Assembly: GCA_044355095.1 (NCBI GenBank)
Contig: JBIKYT010000002.1
Location: 11,971 to 75,970 of the forward strand
Direction of reading: 5' to 3'
Origin: Ilumatobacteraceae bacterium
GTDB lineage: Bacteria; Actinomycetota; Acidimicrobiia; Acidimicrobiales; Ilumatobacteraceae
DNA length: 64,000 bases
The position numbers and the translations under genes were made by a program. Below the pieces are notes generated by a model that saw only the letters and a program-made list of their open reading frames with translations, had not been told where the DNA came from and did no database searches. Positions within the stretch are counted from its first letter, which is position 1. Every line of letters starts with the position of its first letter. Positions 10,498 through 20,459 of this stretch are shown in pieces.

Positions 10498-11256
10498 GTG
10501 CTACTTGATGTGCAGGATGTGTCAGTTCGTTTTGGCGGCATTGTTGCGCTCGACGGACTGACCTTTGTCATAAAAGAAGGGGACATTTGCGGTTTGATCG
10601 GCCCTAATGGGGCTGGTAAGACGACGATGTTCAATGTCGTGAGCCGGATTTACGATCCCTTCAAGGGCCGAATCTTATTTGATGGTCACGATCTGTTGTC
10701 GGTGCCCGCTCATCGCATTGCTGAACTTGGTATTGCTAGAACGTTTCAGAACTTGGCTTTGTTTCCAACGATGACATTGTTGGAAAATGTCATGGTTGGA
10801 GCGCATAGTCAAGGTTCGGTTGGTTTCGTCCGAGCGATCACTCGAATCGGCGCTCAAAAAGAGAATCGTCGTATACGTGATGTCTCTTATGACCTGTTAC
10901 GCGATTTGAATCTGGAAAAACTCGCCCACCACCCGGCAGCGGGATTGCCTTTTGGCACGTTGAAGAGGCTCGAAATTGCGAGAGCTCTTGCTGCTGCTCC
11001 GCGATTCTTGCTACTGGACGAACCTGCCGCAGGTTTAACTCATTCAGAAGTAGACGAACTTGGTGACACGATTGTGGCCATTCGCGACAAGTTCAAATTG
11101 ACGGTGTTATTGGTTGAACATCACATGTCGATGGTCATGAAAATTTCTGATCAAGTAGTTGCTATGGAGTTCGGTCGCAAGATTGCTGAAGGAACTCCGA
11201 GCCAAGTTCAAAGTGACGCGAACGTAATTCGTGCCTATTTGGGCGGTGAAGTATGA
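10498..11256 (+). CDS. livG: Branched-chain amino acid-type ABC transporter, ATP-binding protein (LivG-like)
   Basis: Walker A GPNGAGKTT and Walker B LLLDEPAAGL. The LivG-type length and operon context fit. The substrate is inferred from the family only. Confidence 0.85.
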   Translation: MLLDVQDVSVRFGGIVALDGLTFVIKEGDICGLIGPNGAGKTTMFNVVSRIYDPFKGRILFDGHDLLSVPAHRIAELGIARTFQNLALFPTMTLLENVMVGAHSQGSVGFVRAITRIGAQKENRRIRDVSYDLLRDLNLEKLAHHPAAGLPFGTLKRLEIARALAAAPRFLLLDEPAAGLTHSEVDELGDTIVAIRDKFKLTVLLVEHHMSMVMKISDQVVAMEFGRKIAEGTPSQVQSDANVIRAYLGGEV

Positions 11257-11957
11257 CCATATTGAAGACCGTTGGTTTGCGAGCAAGTTACGGACAAGTT
11301 GATGTTTTGCTGGGCATTGATATCGATGTGAACGAAGGTGAAATGGTTGTGGTGCTCGGTGCCAATGGCGCTGGCAAGACCACAACAATGCGTGCGGTGT
11401 CTGGAACAATTGCGCGTAGCGGTTCGGTTGTCTTTGATGGCCAGGAAATAGTGTCTCAAAGTGCCGAATCAATAGTTCGGCTCGGGGTTGCTCATGTGCC
11501 GCAAGGGCGAGGCACCTTTTCAGAACTGACGGTTGAAGAGAATCTGCGGATTGGTGCATATATTCGCAAGGATTCAATTGAAAGCGATATCGCTCGTTGG
11601 TACAAAACATTTCCTCGCCTAGAGGAGCGCCAGAATCAACGTGCCGGAAGTTTGTCGGGTGGCGAACAACAAATGTTGGCCATCGCCCGTGCCCTGATGA
11701 GCCGTCCCCGACTTTTGTTGTGTGACGAACCAAGTCTTGGACTCGCTCCGCTTGTTACTCAGGAATTGTTTGAAGTTTTGAAGAATCTCAATGAGCAGGA
11801 TGGATTGTCGGTTTTGTTGGTCGAACAAAATGCCAATTTGGCATTAAAGGTGGCGAGCAAGGTGTACCTCCTTGAAACTGGTCAAGTCGTTGCTTCGGGA
11901 AGCGCAGAAGCAATTGCCGGTGACGAGCGCATCAGGAAGGCGTACCTCGGGGGCTGA
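11253..11957 (+). CDS. livF: Branched-chain amino acid-type ABC transporter, ATP-binding protein (LivF-like)
   Basis: ATGA overlap with livG. GANGAGKTT, LSGGEQQML and LLCDEPSLGLAP motifs. Confidence 0.85.
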   Translation: MTILKTVGLRASYGQVDVLLGIDIDVNEGEMVVVLGANGAGKTTTMRAVSGTIARSGSVVFDGQEIVSQSAESIVRLGVAHVPQGRGTFSELTVEENLRIGAYIRKDSIESDIARWYKTFPRLEERQNQRAGSLSGGEQQMLAIARALMSRPRLLLCDEPSLGLAPLVTQELFEVLKNLNEQDGLSVLLVEQNANLALKVASKVYLLETGQVVASGSAEAIAGDERIRKAYLGG

Positions 11958-11958
11958 T

Positions 11959-12858
11959 ATGGAACGACTTCTGCAATACATATTTGACGGTCTGTCGTTC
12001 GGAGCGATTTATGCCCTTGTCGCTCTGGGGTTAGTGGTCGTGTTTCGCGGCACCGGACATCTCAACTTTGCACAAGGTGAAATGGCGATGTTTTGCACAT
12101 TCATCATTTGGCAAATCAACGCATGGGGAGTACCGCTCATTTTGGCGGTCATCATCGGCATGGTTTTTGGTTTTGTGCTTGGTGCCGGAACCGAGGCAAC
12201 AGTGATTCGAGCAGTTGCGAAGAAATCGCCTGGTGGCGTTTTCGTAGTTTCCATTGCGATGTTTTTGGGTCTGAACTCATTGGCTACCATGATTTGGGAT
12301 CGCGCCGAGGGTTACACGATGGGAAGTTTGTTCCCGAACCAACCCCTTGATTTTGTGCGTATTTTGGGAGCCGAGTGGCGTTACAAATTCATTGGTGTAC
12401 TTGTTGTTGGGTTGGTACTCATGGGTCTTTTGTTCTTGCTCTTTTCCAAAACAAAATTCGGATTAGCGATGCGATCAGTTGCCAGCAATCCTGACTCTGC
12501 CCGTCTCGTCGGAGTCCCTTCAGGCGTGGTTCTCGCATCGTCCTGGGGAATCGCCGCCGCGATGGGGGCACTGTCGGGAGCATTAGTTGGTGGCATCAAC
12601 GGCCAACTCACACCCAGTTTGATGTTCTCGGTATTCATCTATGCGTCGGCGGCAGCCACATTGGGTGGGCTCGATAGTCCAGGCGGGGCAGTGATTGCGG
12701 GATTGTCCATCGGTGTTGGTGAGCAACTGGTCGCGGGGTATATCCCAGGTTGGATTGGGCAAGATCTGAAACTTTCGGTGGCTTTGATTTCGATCTTTGT
12801 TGTGCTGTTGGTCAAACCATCTGGCTTGTTCGGTTCGCTCAAAGTGGAACGGGTGTGA
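11959..12858 (+). CDS. livH: Branched-chain amino acid-type ABC transporter permease (LivH-like)
   Basis: Polytopic membrane protein. ATG 11959 lies 2 nt after the livF stop and gives the typical MERLLQYIFDGLSFGAIYAL N-terminus. The track start at 11872 overlaps livF. Confidence 0.85.
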   Translation: MERLLQYIFDGLSFGAIYALVALGLVVVFRGTGHLNFAQGEMAMFCTFIIWQINAWGVPLILAVIIGMVFGFVLGAGTEATVIRAVAKKSPGGVFVVSIAMFLGLNSLATMIWDRAEGYTMGSLFPNQPLDFVRILGAEWRYKFIGVLVVGLVLMGLLFLLFSKTKFGLAMRSVASNPDSARLVGVPSGVVLASSWGIAAAMGALSGALVGGINGQLTPSLMFSVFIYASAAATLGGLDSPGGAVIAGLSIGVGEQLVAGYIPGWIGQDLKLSVALISIFVVLLVKPSGLFGSLKVERV

Positions 12859-12865
12859 ACGCAAC

Positions 12866-13945
12866 ATGTTGAAGATCAAAGAAGGTTCACTGCAACATTG
12901 GGCTATTCGTATTGTTGGCTTTGCATTATTGGCATTGATCGTTGTCTACATTCCGACGCAGTCTGAAACTGCACGCATTGGACAATTCGCCTCGGCATTT
13001 ACATTGATCATCGCCGCGATGTCGCTCAATATGGTTCTTGGGTTTACCGGGCAAATCTCGTTAGGGCATTCGGCCTTTTTTGGAATTGGTGGTTATACGG
13101 CAGCCATATTGATTCGTGATCACGGATGGAGCCCGGGCTATACGTTCTATGCGGCTGCGGTCATCGCTTTCATCGTGGGTTGCTTGATTGGGCTGCCAGT
13201 TTTGAGAATTCGTGGTGCTTATTTGGCACTCGTCACATTGGCAGTCGCAGTTTTGTTTCCTACTTTGTTGCGTTGGAAAAAACTTGAGTGGTTGACCGAT
13301 GGCGCTAAGGGAATCGACAGCGTGAAGTACGACGAACTACCCGTGTGGCCAATTCTTGGAGAATTGAAGGGCCGTGACGGTCGTGCAGTTTTCGCTTATT
13401 GGTTGGGTCTTCTGGTGTTGGTCATTGTCTACCTGGTTTGCCGTGGTCTCATCAGGAGTCGCGTCGGTCGTTCGCTCATTGCCATTCGTGACAATGAAAC
13501 GGCGGCGGCAGTGATGGGTGTCAACGTCACCCGCACCAAGGTGCTCATTTTTGGAATCTCGGCATCGATGTGCTCCCTGGCCGGTGTTTTGGCAACTCTC
13601 AATTCGGGCGTTGTCACTCCTGATGGACAGTATGTGACGTTGTTGGGCTCCATTATTTTCTTGCTCATCATGGTGGTCGGTGGTGCCGGAACATTAAGCG
13701 GACCGATCATCGGAGGGTTGGTGTACGTCTGGCTTGACAACACCACGCGCGGAATCGGCACCGATTCCTCTGGAGTCTTGGGCTTCATTTTCGGATGGAC
13801 CGATCAATCACCCGCGACATTAATTCTGGGTCTGGCTCTCATCGTGATTATGTTGTTCGCACCAATTGGTCTCGTAGGTCTCCTACGGAAATTGACGCGT
13901 CGAATCATGACAGTCACTCCTCGTGACATAAGTCCCACCCAATGA
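12866..13945 (+). CDS. livM: Branched-chain amino acid-type ABC transporter permease (LivM-like)
   Basis: Polytopic membrane protein. ATG 12866 follows the livH stop. The track start at 12797 overlaps livH. Confidence 0.85.
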   Translation: MLKIKEGSLQHWAIRIVGFALLALIVVYIPTQSETARIGQFASAFTLIIAAMSLNMVLGFTGQISLGHSAFFGIGGYTAAILIRDHGWSPGYTFYAAAVIAFIVGCLIGLPVLRIRGAYLALVTLAVAVLFPTLLRWKKLEWLTDGAKGIDSVKYDELPVWPILGELKGRDGRAVFAYWLGLLVLVIVYLVCRGLIRSRVGRSLIAIRDNETAAAVMGVNVTRTKVLIFGISASMCSLAGVLATLNSGVVTPDGQYVTLLGSIIFLLIMVVGGAGTLSGPIIGGLVYVWLDNTTRGIGTDSSGVLGFIFGWTDQSPATLILGLALIVIMLFAPIGLVGLLRKLTRRIMTVTPRDISPTQ

Positions 13946-14061
13946 ATATGGGACCTTTGCGCCTAACCCAGTTCGTGCGCCCTCTATAGATTGTTAGGAC
14001 ATCCAATGTGGGATGGATGCTTTCTGTTCATTAGAAAGCAATTCAATGGAGGAGGAAAATA

Positions 14062-15450
14062 ATGGTTCGTAAGACTTTCCGTTTAGGTGGTCTCGTTATG
14101 GCAGGTGCGCTGGCAATTTCGGCGTGTGGTGGATCAAGCGATTCAACATCGACCGAAGCGCCCACATCAGAAGCGCCAACAAGCGAAGCACCTACGAGTG
14201 AAGCACCAGATACAGGTGCTCCCTCGACTGATGCCCCCGCAACATCGTGGGCAGTAAACACTGACGACTGCGTCGATCCCGAGGCAGCGAATGCTCCGAT
14301 CACGGGAACAGTCAAGATCGGTACTGTGTTGCCATTGTCGGGAAGCGTTGCAGCAATTGCTTTCGCTCCTGTCAAGGCTGGTTTTGAGTCATACATCAAG
14401 TGGGCGAACGAGCAAAAGATGCTTGGCGACACCACAATTGAAGTGGCTTTTGAAGATGATCAGTACAACAAAGACCTCACGCCAGATGCTGTGAACAAGT
14501 TGCTCGACGCCGGAGTCAACCTTTTCTCAGGAATCATTGGTACGCCCAACAACGCTGCAGTGCGTGACACTTTGAATGAAGAGTGTGTTCCACAACTGCA
14601 GGCTTTGACCGGTTCGCCCGCTTGGGGCGAGGTTGCCGATTACCCATGGACCACTGGAGCTCTCGCCCCCTACGGCATTGAAGCCAAGGTCTATGCCAGC
14701 CAAATCAAGGCTCAGTTCCCTGATGGCGCAAAAGTGGCGTTGTTCACGGTGAACAACGAATTCGGCCAGGTCTATCTTGAGGCCTTCAAGGAAGCCGCTG
14801 ATGCCGCCGATAGCGGCATTGAAATTGTTGACGAGCAGACCATTGAAGCCGATAGCTCAACGCCTCCGACTGCGCAAATCAACGCCATCGCTTCGAAAGC
14901 CCCTGATGCAATCGTTGCGGTTCCGCTCGGTGCACAGTGCCCAACTTTCTTGACGGAAGTTGCCAATGCCAAGGCCGCTAACTCTGGTTGGATGCCGAAC
15001 ATTTTCTTGACGAACACCTGCGCATCGGCATTGATCTTGGCTGGTGCCGGAGAAGCTGCCGATGGACTGTTCACCTCAAACAACCTGGTTGACGTAAATG
15101 ATCCGGCGATTGCTTCAAAGCCAGCAGTTGCTGAGTACATCGCATTCATGACGGCCCAAGGCAACAAAGATATCGTCACCACTGCAAGTGCAGGCTGGCA
15201 CGTTGCTGAAGTAACTGTGGCAATTTTGAAGCAGGCATCAGAATCAGCAGAAGGTTTGACCCGTGCGTCAATTATGAATGCCGCTCGTAATTACAGCTTG
15301 GTTCCTTCACTTGCTCGCGAGGGAGTGGTCTTGACCATGAACGGCGACGTTGATGTTTTCCAAGCAGAGTCGTTGCAAGTTGTGCAGTACGAATTTGCGA
15401 CTGGAACGTTTAGCGACGTTGGCGTATTGATCGCCGATTACGAAAGCTGA
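14062..15450 (+). CDS. ABC transporter substrate-binding lipoprotein (LivK / type I periplasmic binding fold)
   Basis: GGAGGAGG SD. Signal peptide with lipobox ISAC, an (EAPTS)n linker, then ~400 aa of a type I binding-protein-like domain. It is the last gene of the liv operon. Confidence 0.8.
   Translation: MVRKTFRLGGLVMAGALAISACGGSSDSTSTEAPTSEAPTSEAPTSEAPDTGAPSTDAPATSWAVNTDDCVDPEAANAPITGTVKIGTVLPLSGSVAAIAFAPVKAGFESYIKWANEQKMLGDTTIEVAFEDDQYNKDLTPDAVNKLLDAGVNLFSGIIGTPNNAAVRDTLNEECVPQLQALTGSPAWGEVADYPWTTGALAPYGIEAKVYASQIKAQFPDGAKVALFTVNNEFGQVYLEAFKEAADAADSGIEIVDEQTIEADSSTPPTAQINAIASKAPDAIVAVPLGAQCPTFLTEVANAKAANSGWMPNIFLTNTCASALILAGAGEAADGLFTSNNLVDVNDPAIASKPAVAEYIAFMTAQGNKDIVTTASAGWHVAEVTVAILKQASESAEGLTRASIMNAARNYSLVPSLAREGVVLTMNGDVDVFQAESLQVVQYEFATGTFSDVGVLIADYES
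14155..14214 (+). repeat. Imperfect 15-bp tandem repeat (4 units) encoding the EAPTS linker
   Basis: The units are GAAGCGCCCACATCA, GAAGCGCCAACAAGC, GAAGCACCTACGAGT and GAAGCACCAGATACA. They lie in-frame inside the binding-protein gene. Confidence 0.85.
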
Positions 15451-15471
15451 GAAACTCTCAAGTTGTTGAAT

Positions 15472-15499
15472 AAATGCCCGCTCGCAAGGGCGGGCATTT
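15472..15499. terminator. Intrinsic terminator, bidirectional, between the binding-protein gene and the small lipoprotein gene
   Basis: AAATGCCCGC / GCGGGCATTT 10-bp stem with an 8-nt loop. It is flanked by an A-run upstream and TATTTATTT downstream. Confidence 0.75.
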
Positions 15500-15502
15500 T
15501 AT

Positions 15503-15823
15503 TTATTTAACGACTTTTCCTTCAACGACCGTGAGTTCGCGATCTCCGGTTATTTCAATTATGAATTCCCAACTGTTGTCATCGTTGTCGGTGGCGATGC
15601 ATGCATATTGTGTGCCGACTTGAATCGACTGCGGTTGGTCGCATAGCGCGTACTTGTAGCGATAGCCAGCGCTCTTGGCGAGGTCCTCGCTTTCAAGGAA
15701 CTTTTCTCCTTCAGATTTGTAGTTCTTCGGAGAGGTTGAACAAGCAGCCAACATGGCAAGACACATGCACGCGGTGAAAGAAACGCGAATTTTTCGGTGA
15801 CGGGTGATGTTCATGATTTTCAT
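15503..15823 (-). CDS. Small lipoprotein, unknown function
   Basis: 106 aa. Signal peptide with lipobox LAAC. Confidence 0.6.
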   Translation of the reverse strand: MKIMNITRHRKIRVSFTACMCLAMLAACSTSPKNYKSEGEKFLESEDLAKSAGYRYKYALCDQPQSIQVGTQYACIATDNDDNSWEFIIEITGDRELTVVEGKVVK

Positions 15824-15859
15824 TTTCGTTAAAGCCTGACAGGTAATGAGAGTAGTCGC

Positions 15860-16819
15860 TTACTTCAATCCAGAAGTTTGACGGGCCCGTTGGATTGAGT
15901 CAATAGTGACAATCACCAAGGCAATCCAAACCAGACCAAAACCAACAAATCGGCTTGGAGAAAGCTCTTCGTGGTACACGAGCCAACCGAGTAAGAAGTT
16001 GATAGTCGGAACTGAATATTGCATCGGACCTAAGACCGTTAATGGCAATTTGAGAGCGGCAGCAGCAAACAGGAGCAACGGAACCGCGGTCACGACTCCG
16101 GACAGTAGAACCAAAACAATGTGCCAGAAGTTTGCTGATTGAATCACCGAATCGTCTTTTTGTGAGAACCAAACGATCAGTGCAAATGCAGGGATGATGA
16201 GGAAGATCGTTTCGGACATCAAACTCTCAAGTGGCTGCAAAGGCACCTGTCGTTTGAGTAAGCCGTACACGGCCCATGAAGCAGCCATGGCCAAAGCGAG
16301 ATACGGCACCCGGCCGTAACTGATCGTCAGCACCACAACTGCGGCCAGACCAAGAAGTGCGCTTGCAAGTTGGATTGGACGAATTTTCTCGTGGAGCACC
16401 TTGACGCCGATCAGCATCGTGCCGAGCGGGGCAATGAAATAGCCAAGGGCCGCTTCGATGACTTTGCCGTCGTGGATGACGATGACATACGTCGTCCAGT
16501 TAATGGCTAACAGCAATGAGGCACTAGCCACCCGAGTCCAAAGGTGCTCGGTTGAAAGCTTGCGGAACAATGTTGACAATCGGCCCTTGGCGGCAATGAT
16601 GACAAGCAGCAAGACAACTGAGGTGACGATGCGGTAGCCAATGAGTTCGAGCGGAGCGAAGGCTTTGAGTGCTTTCCAATAGACCGTGATGAAACCCCAC
16701 AGCAAATACGCCGAGATACCGGCAATGACTCCAGTTCGATCAGGTGTCGGCTGAGACTGAGAGTTCGTTGCGGGAGAGGGATTGGCCCCGATATGTGACT
16801 CACGTGTTTCAGAACTCAC
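15860..16819 (-). CDS. rarD: EamA/DMT-family transporter, RarD-like
   Basis: About 10 TM segments with a duplicated EamA architecture. The N-terminal AYLLWGF..VYWK matches my memory of the RarD subfamily. Confidence 0.7.
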   Translation of the reverse strand: MSSETRESHIGANPSPATNSQSQPTPDRTGVIAGISAYLLWGFITVYWKALKAFAPLELIGYRIVTSVVLLLVIIAAKGRLSTLFRKLSTEHLWTRVASASLLLAINWTTYVIVIHDGKVIEAALGYFIAPLGTMLIGVKVLHEKIRPIQLASALLGLAAVVVLTISYGRVPYLALAMAASWAVYGLLKRQVPLQPLESLMSETIFLIIPAFALIVWFSQKDDSVIQSANFWHIVLVLLSGVVTAVPLLLFAAAALKLPLTVLGPMQYSVPTINFLLGWLVYHEELSPSRFVGFGLVWIALVIVTIDSIQRARQTSGLK

Positions 16820-16864
16820 CCGTTCTTCATATCATCTGCTGAGCCGTCTACTAGCGTTCACCCT

Positions 16865-18475
16865 GTGGAAGCACTTGAGTCATTGCCAGAATGGTCACAG
16901 GTTTTGTCGGGCGTGCCTCTTCGTTCTTTGCGAGAAGAGTTCGCATCTGATCCGGAGCGCACATCGGCGATGACTATTCATGCTGGTGACCTGTTTGTCG
17001 ATTATTCAAAGCAGCGTGTTGATGAAGGTGCTCTGACCGATTTGCTGAATCTCGCGAAAGTCCGCGACGTCACCACATCATTTCAACGAATGAAGAATGG
17101 TGAGCGAGTCAACTCCACTGAGGGTCGGGCAGTTGGCCACATGGCTTTGCGAATTCCAAAAGACGGAACATTTCTGATCGACGGCGTGAATGTCGCGCCA
17201 GCAGTGCACACAGTTCTCGATCGCATGGCTGATCTGGCCCTTGGAATCCGATCTGGTGAAATCGTCGGAAGTACCGGCAAACGAATCTGCCATATCGTCA
17301 ATATCGGAATTGGTGGTAGCGATCTCGGACCGGCCATGGTGTACGAAGCCCTACATGCCAATCGCCACGAGGGCATTTCTTGCCATTTCGTTTCTAATGT
17401 TGACCCAGCAGATTTAGCGGCAAACCTCCAGGGACTAAATCCTGAAGAGACGATGTTTGTTATCGCATCGAAGACTTTTACAACCGTCGAAACATTGGCG
17501 AATGCCCGCGTGGCTCGCGAGTGGTTAGTGCAAGCACTCGGCCACGATGCAGTCAAAAAACACTTTGTGGCGCTCAGCACTAATTCTGATGCGGTTCGTG
17601 CATTCGGAATTGATACGACGAACATGTTTGAGTTTTGGGATTGGGTGGGCGGACGCTTTTCGGTTGCTTCGGCAATTGGACTTTCGGTGATGATCGCGGT
17701 TGGTCCAGAAACCTTTGAAGAGTTCCTCAATGGAATGCACTTAATGGATATTCACGCCGCTGAGGCGGTCGGACGTGAGAACGCCCCGCTGATATTGGCT
17801 CTGCTCAACATCTGGAACACGGCAGTGTTGTCAACAAAAAGTCGAGCGGTCATCCCGTATTCGTTTGACCTTCGACGCTTTCCGGCTTACTTACAGCAAC
17901 TCATCATGGAGTCAAATGGCAAGTCCATACGACGTGACGGCTCGCGGGTTCCGTACTCGACCTCTCCTGTGATTTGGGGAGAGCCCGGGACTAATGGCCA
18001 GCACGCTTTTATGCAGTTGTTGCATCAAGGGACCGATGTTGTGCCCGTTGATTTCATCGGTTTCGCACGTTCATCGGCCGATGACGCCTCGCGAAACGAA
18101 TTGCTTTTCACAAATATGGTGGCGCAGAGCCAAGCATTGGCCTTTGGCCGTACGGCGGACGAACTGCCCGAAAGTTCGGTTCGACCGCACCGCACCTTTG
18201 AGGGCAATCGACCGAGTACAACGATTGTCGCACCTGAATTGTCGGCTTCGGTACTCGGTCAACTCATCGCCCTTTACGAGCACGTCACATTCTTTGAAGG
18301 AGTGATTTGGGATATCAATAGTTTTGATCAATGGGGAGTCGAGCTCGGTAAAGAACTTGCCCAAACGCTCGGATCAAAACTGGAGAACTTTTCGGCGCTT
18401 GACCACCTAGATCTTGACTCATCAACCCACACTCTCTTGTCATGGTTCGTGCAACAGCAAAAGAAGTCAAGCTGA
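16865..18475 (+). CDS. pgi: Glucose-6-phosphate isomerase
   Basis: 536 aa. PGI signatures IGIGGSDLGP and GEPGTNGQHAFMQLLHQG. GTG start. Confidence 0.92.
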   Translation: MEALESLPEWSQVLSGVPLRSLREEFASDPERTSAMTIHAGDLFVDYSKQRVDEGALTDLLNLAKVRDVTTSFQRMKNGERVNSTEGRAVGHMALRIPKDGTFLIDGVNVAPAVHTVLDRMADLALGIRSGEIVGSTGKRICHIVNIGIGGSDLGPAMVYEALHANRHEGISCHFVSNVDPADLAANLQGLNPEETMFVIASKTFTTVETLANARVAREWLVQALGHDAVKKHFVALSTNSDAVRAFGIDTTNMFEFWDWVGGRFSVASAIGLSVMIAVGPETFEEFLNGMHLMDIHAAEAVGRENAPLILALLNIWNTAVLSTKSRAVIPYSFDLRRFPAYLQQLIMESNGKSIRRDGSRVPYSTSPVIWGEPGTNGQHAFMQLLHQGTDVVPVDFIGFARSSADDASRNELLFTNMVAQSQALAFGRTADELPESSVRPHRTFEGNRPSTTIVAPELSASVLGQLIALYEHVTFFEGVIWDINSFDQWGVELGKELAQTLGSKLENFSALDHLDLDSSTHTLLSWFVQQQKKSS

Positions 18476-18540
18476 CTTTGCGTCAGGTCTGAATCATGTC
18501 GATCCCGAATTATGCGAGCGAAGTAAAGGTCTAGGTCACT

Positions 18541-19494
18541 GTGCATCAACTTGAACGAGTCACGAATTTGCTGGCGTTGCTGTTGTCAACTCGGCGTCAT
18601 CTCACCTTTGACGAAATTCGTAACGAATTAAAAGGTCAGTATCCCGAGAATCTGGTAGCGGCGCGAGCGGCCTTTGAGCGGGATAAAGCAATTCTCCGCG
18701 ATGAGGGAATCCCCATTAGTTCAGAGGTCCAAGGCGGGGATAAAGCCGGCATCACTGGGTATCTCATTGAACGAGATGCTTACGAATTGGGAGATTTACA
18801 GCTGACTGGTCACGAGGCAGCGGCATTGCGCATCGCGGTTTCGGCTTTGCGGATGGGACAGTCATGGGGTGAAGAGGCTTTATGGAAAGTGGATATGGAT
18901 TCCGGATTTGCGCCGTCGCAAACTCCGGCCGTTCAAGCGACGTTGCCAGTGGATCAAAAATTGCCCACCCTTCATGAAGCAATGAGTCGACAAATAGTGG
19001 TGTCGTTTACGTATAACGGCAAACCCCGCGAACTTGAACCCTTTGGATTACTGGCGCGATCGGGATGGTGGTACCTCGTCGGCAACGATCGATCAGTTGA
19101 CGCAATGCGTACCTTCCGAGTTGATCGAATTTCGAGTGACGTCATGTTGCGTGAAAGTGAGACCTTTGTTCGCCCACATGATTTTGATGTGCGACATTCG
19201 TTTCCTGCTGATCTCAAAGAACTGCCCGATGCAATTGACGTCGGGGGAGATGTCGCCAAAGTTCTCATTGATGCAACTGATGTCAATGCCGTGATTGGCC
19301 ACTACGGAGTTGACTCACTGATTGAACGCCATTCCGATGGGTCAGGCACTTTTGCGATTCCATGTGCAAATGTCCAAGCCTTTGAGCATTGGCTATTGGG
19401 TTTTCTTGATCGTGCTGAAGTACTTGAACCACCGCAATTACGACAGCACGTCATTGATTGGCTGAACTCACTAGCAATCGGAGCAGACTCATGA
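18541..19494 (+). CDS. HTH-WYL transcriptional regulator, PafB-like
   Basis: N-terminal winged HTH, a central WYL region (SFTYNGKPRELEPFGLLARSGWWYLVG) and a C-terminal extension. It is paired with a second paralog, as in PafBC. Confidence 0.75.
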   Translation: MHQLERVTNLLALLLSTRRHLTFDEIRNELKGQYPENLVAARAAFERDKAILRDEGIPISSEVQGGDKAGITGYLIERDAYELGDLQLTGHEAAALRIAVSALRMGQSWGEEALWKVDMDSGFAPSQTPAVQATLPVDQKLPTLHEAMSRQIVVSFTYNGKPRELEPFGLLARSGWWYLVGNDRSVDAMRTFRVDRISSDVMLRESETFVRPHDFDVRHSFPADLKELPDAIDVGGDVAKVLIDATDVNAVIGHYGVDSLIERHSDGSGTFAIPCANVQAFEHWLLGFLDRAEVLEPPQLRQHVIDWLNSLAIGADS

Positions 19495-20459
19495 TCCGCC
19501 GCGGACCACGTCCGGTCAACGTTCGTTTGCGCCGACTCTTAGTGATGTTGCCGTGGTTGATGGAACGTCAAACTGTTTCCACCCAAGAAATGGCGGATCA
19601 CTTCGGGATGTCAGTTGCCGACCTTGTGGCAGATTTGACTTTGGCATCCATGTGCGGGGTGTCGCAGGATCCTCGCGATCTCATTGATTTATGGGTTGAT
19701 GATGACGAAGTTCATTTCGGCATTCCGAAGTATTTTGAACGACCGTTGCGTTTAACTGTGCCGGAAGCTTTTTCCTTGATTGCGTCGGCCACGGCCGCTC
19801 AGCAACTACCAGGTGTTGACGCGACGGGAGCGCTTTCGCGGGCGATAGCCAAAGTTGCCGAAGCTATTGACCTTGATATCAATAATTCTTTTGTGGTTGA
19901 ACTGGAAACCCCAGAATCGGTTGAGGCGTTAAGCCACGCAATTCAACAATCAGTTGTCATTGAATTTGAGTATTGGTCAGTTGCGACAGGCGAATCGGCA
20001 AAACGTCAGGTTGCGCCTCTCGAAGTTTTTCTCGATCAGGATCATTGGTATTTGCGAGCTCACGATTTAGATGCCCAGGCTGAGCGAACCTTTCGTCTTG
20101 ATCGGCTTGATCAGTTACTTGTGACGAGTCAGACTCACGATTTAGTAACGACACCTCGCGGGCAATGGTTTGCTGGTTCAGACGAGCAACGCAAAGTTTT
20201 GTTGCAAGTTGACCCAGCGTGGTTGTGGGTCCTCGAGCAATATCCAGGGGTATCAATTGGGGTGGCCCCGAGTGGTCAAGTAGTACAACATGCCGATTGG
20301 GTGACTGTGGAAGTTGGGGTGAACACCGAGCGTTGGATGCAACGTTTGTTGGTTCGATTAGGCGCTCATGCCACGGTCGTCATGCCGACTGATTGGCAAC
20401 AACTCGGTCGTGATACTGCACGCCTAATTCTGCAACGTTACGAACGCACGAACGGCTGA
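19491..20459 (+). CDS. HTH-WYL transcriptional regulator, PafC-like
   Basis: ATGA overlap with the upstream paralog at 19491-19494. HTH region (QTVSTQEMADHFGMS) and WYL region (IEFEYWSVATGESAKRQVAPLEVFLDQDHWYLRAHD). Confidence 0.75.
   Translation: MIRRGPRPVNVRLRRLLVMLPWLMERQTVSTQEMADHFGMSVADLVADLTLASMCGVSQDPRDLIDLWVDDDEVHFGIPKYFERPLRLTVPEAFSLIASATAAQQLPGVDATGALSRAIAKVAEAIDLDINNSFVVELETPESVEALSHAIQQSVVIEFEYWSVATGESAKRQVAPLEVFLDQDHWYLRAHDLDAQAERTFRLDRLDQLLVTSQTHDLVTTPRGQWFAGSDEQRKVLLQVDPAWLWVLEQYPGVSIGVAPSGQVVQHADWVTVEVGVNTERWMQRLLVRLGAHATVVMPTDWQQLGRDTARLILQRYERTNG

Noticed and set aside
18476-18540. A PafBC / RecA-independent promoter motif (TGTC-N-TAnnnT type) upstream of the pafB-like gene.
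   Set aside because: ATGTCGATC ... TATGCG is only a loose resemblance. Its spacing and last position do not fit the consensus as I remember it.
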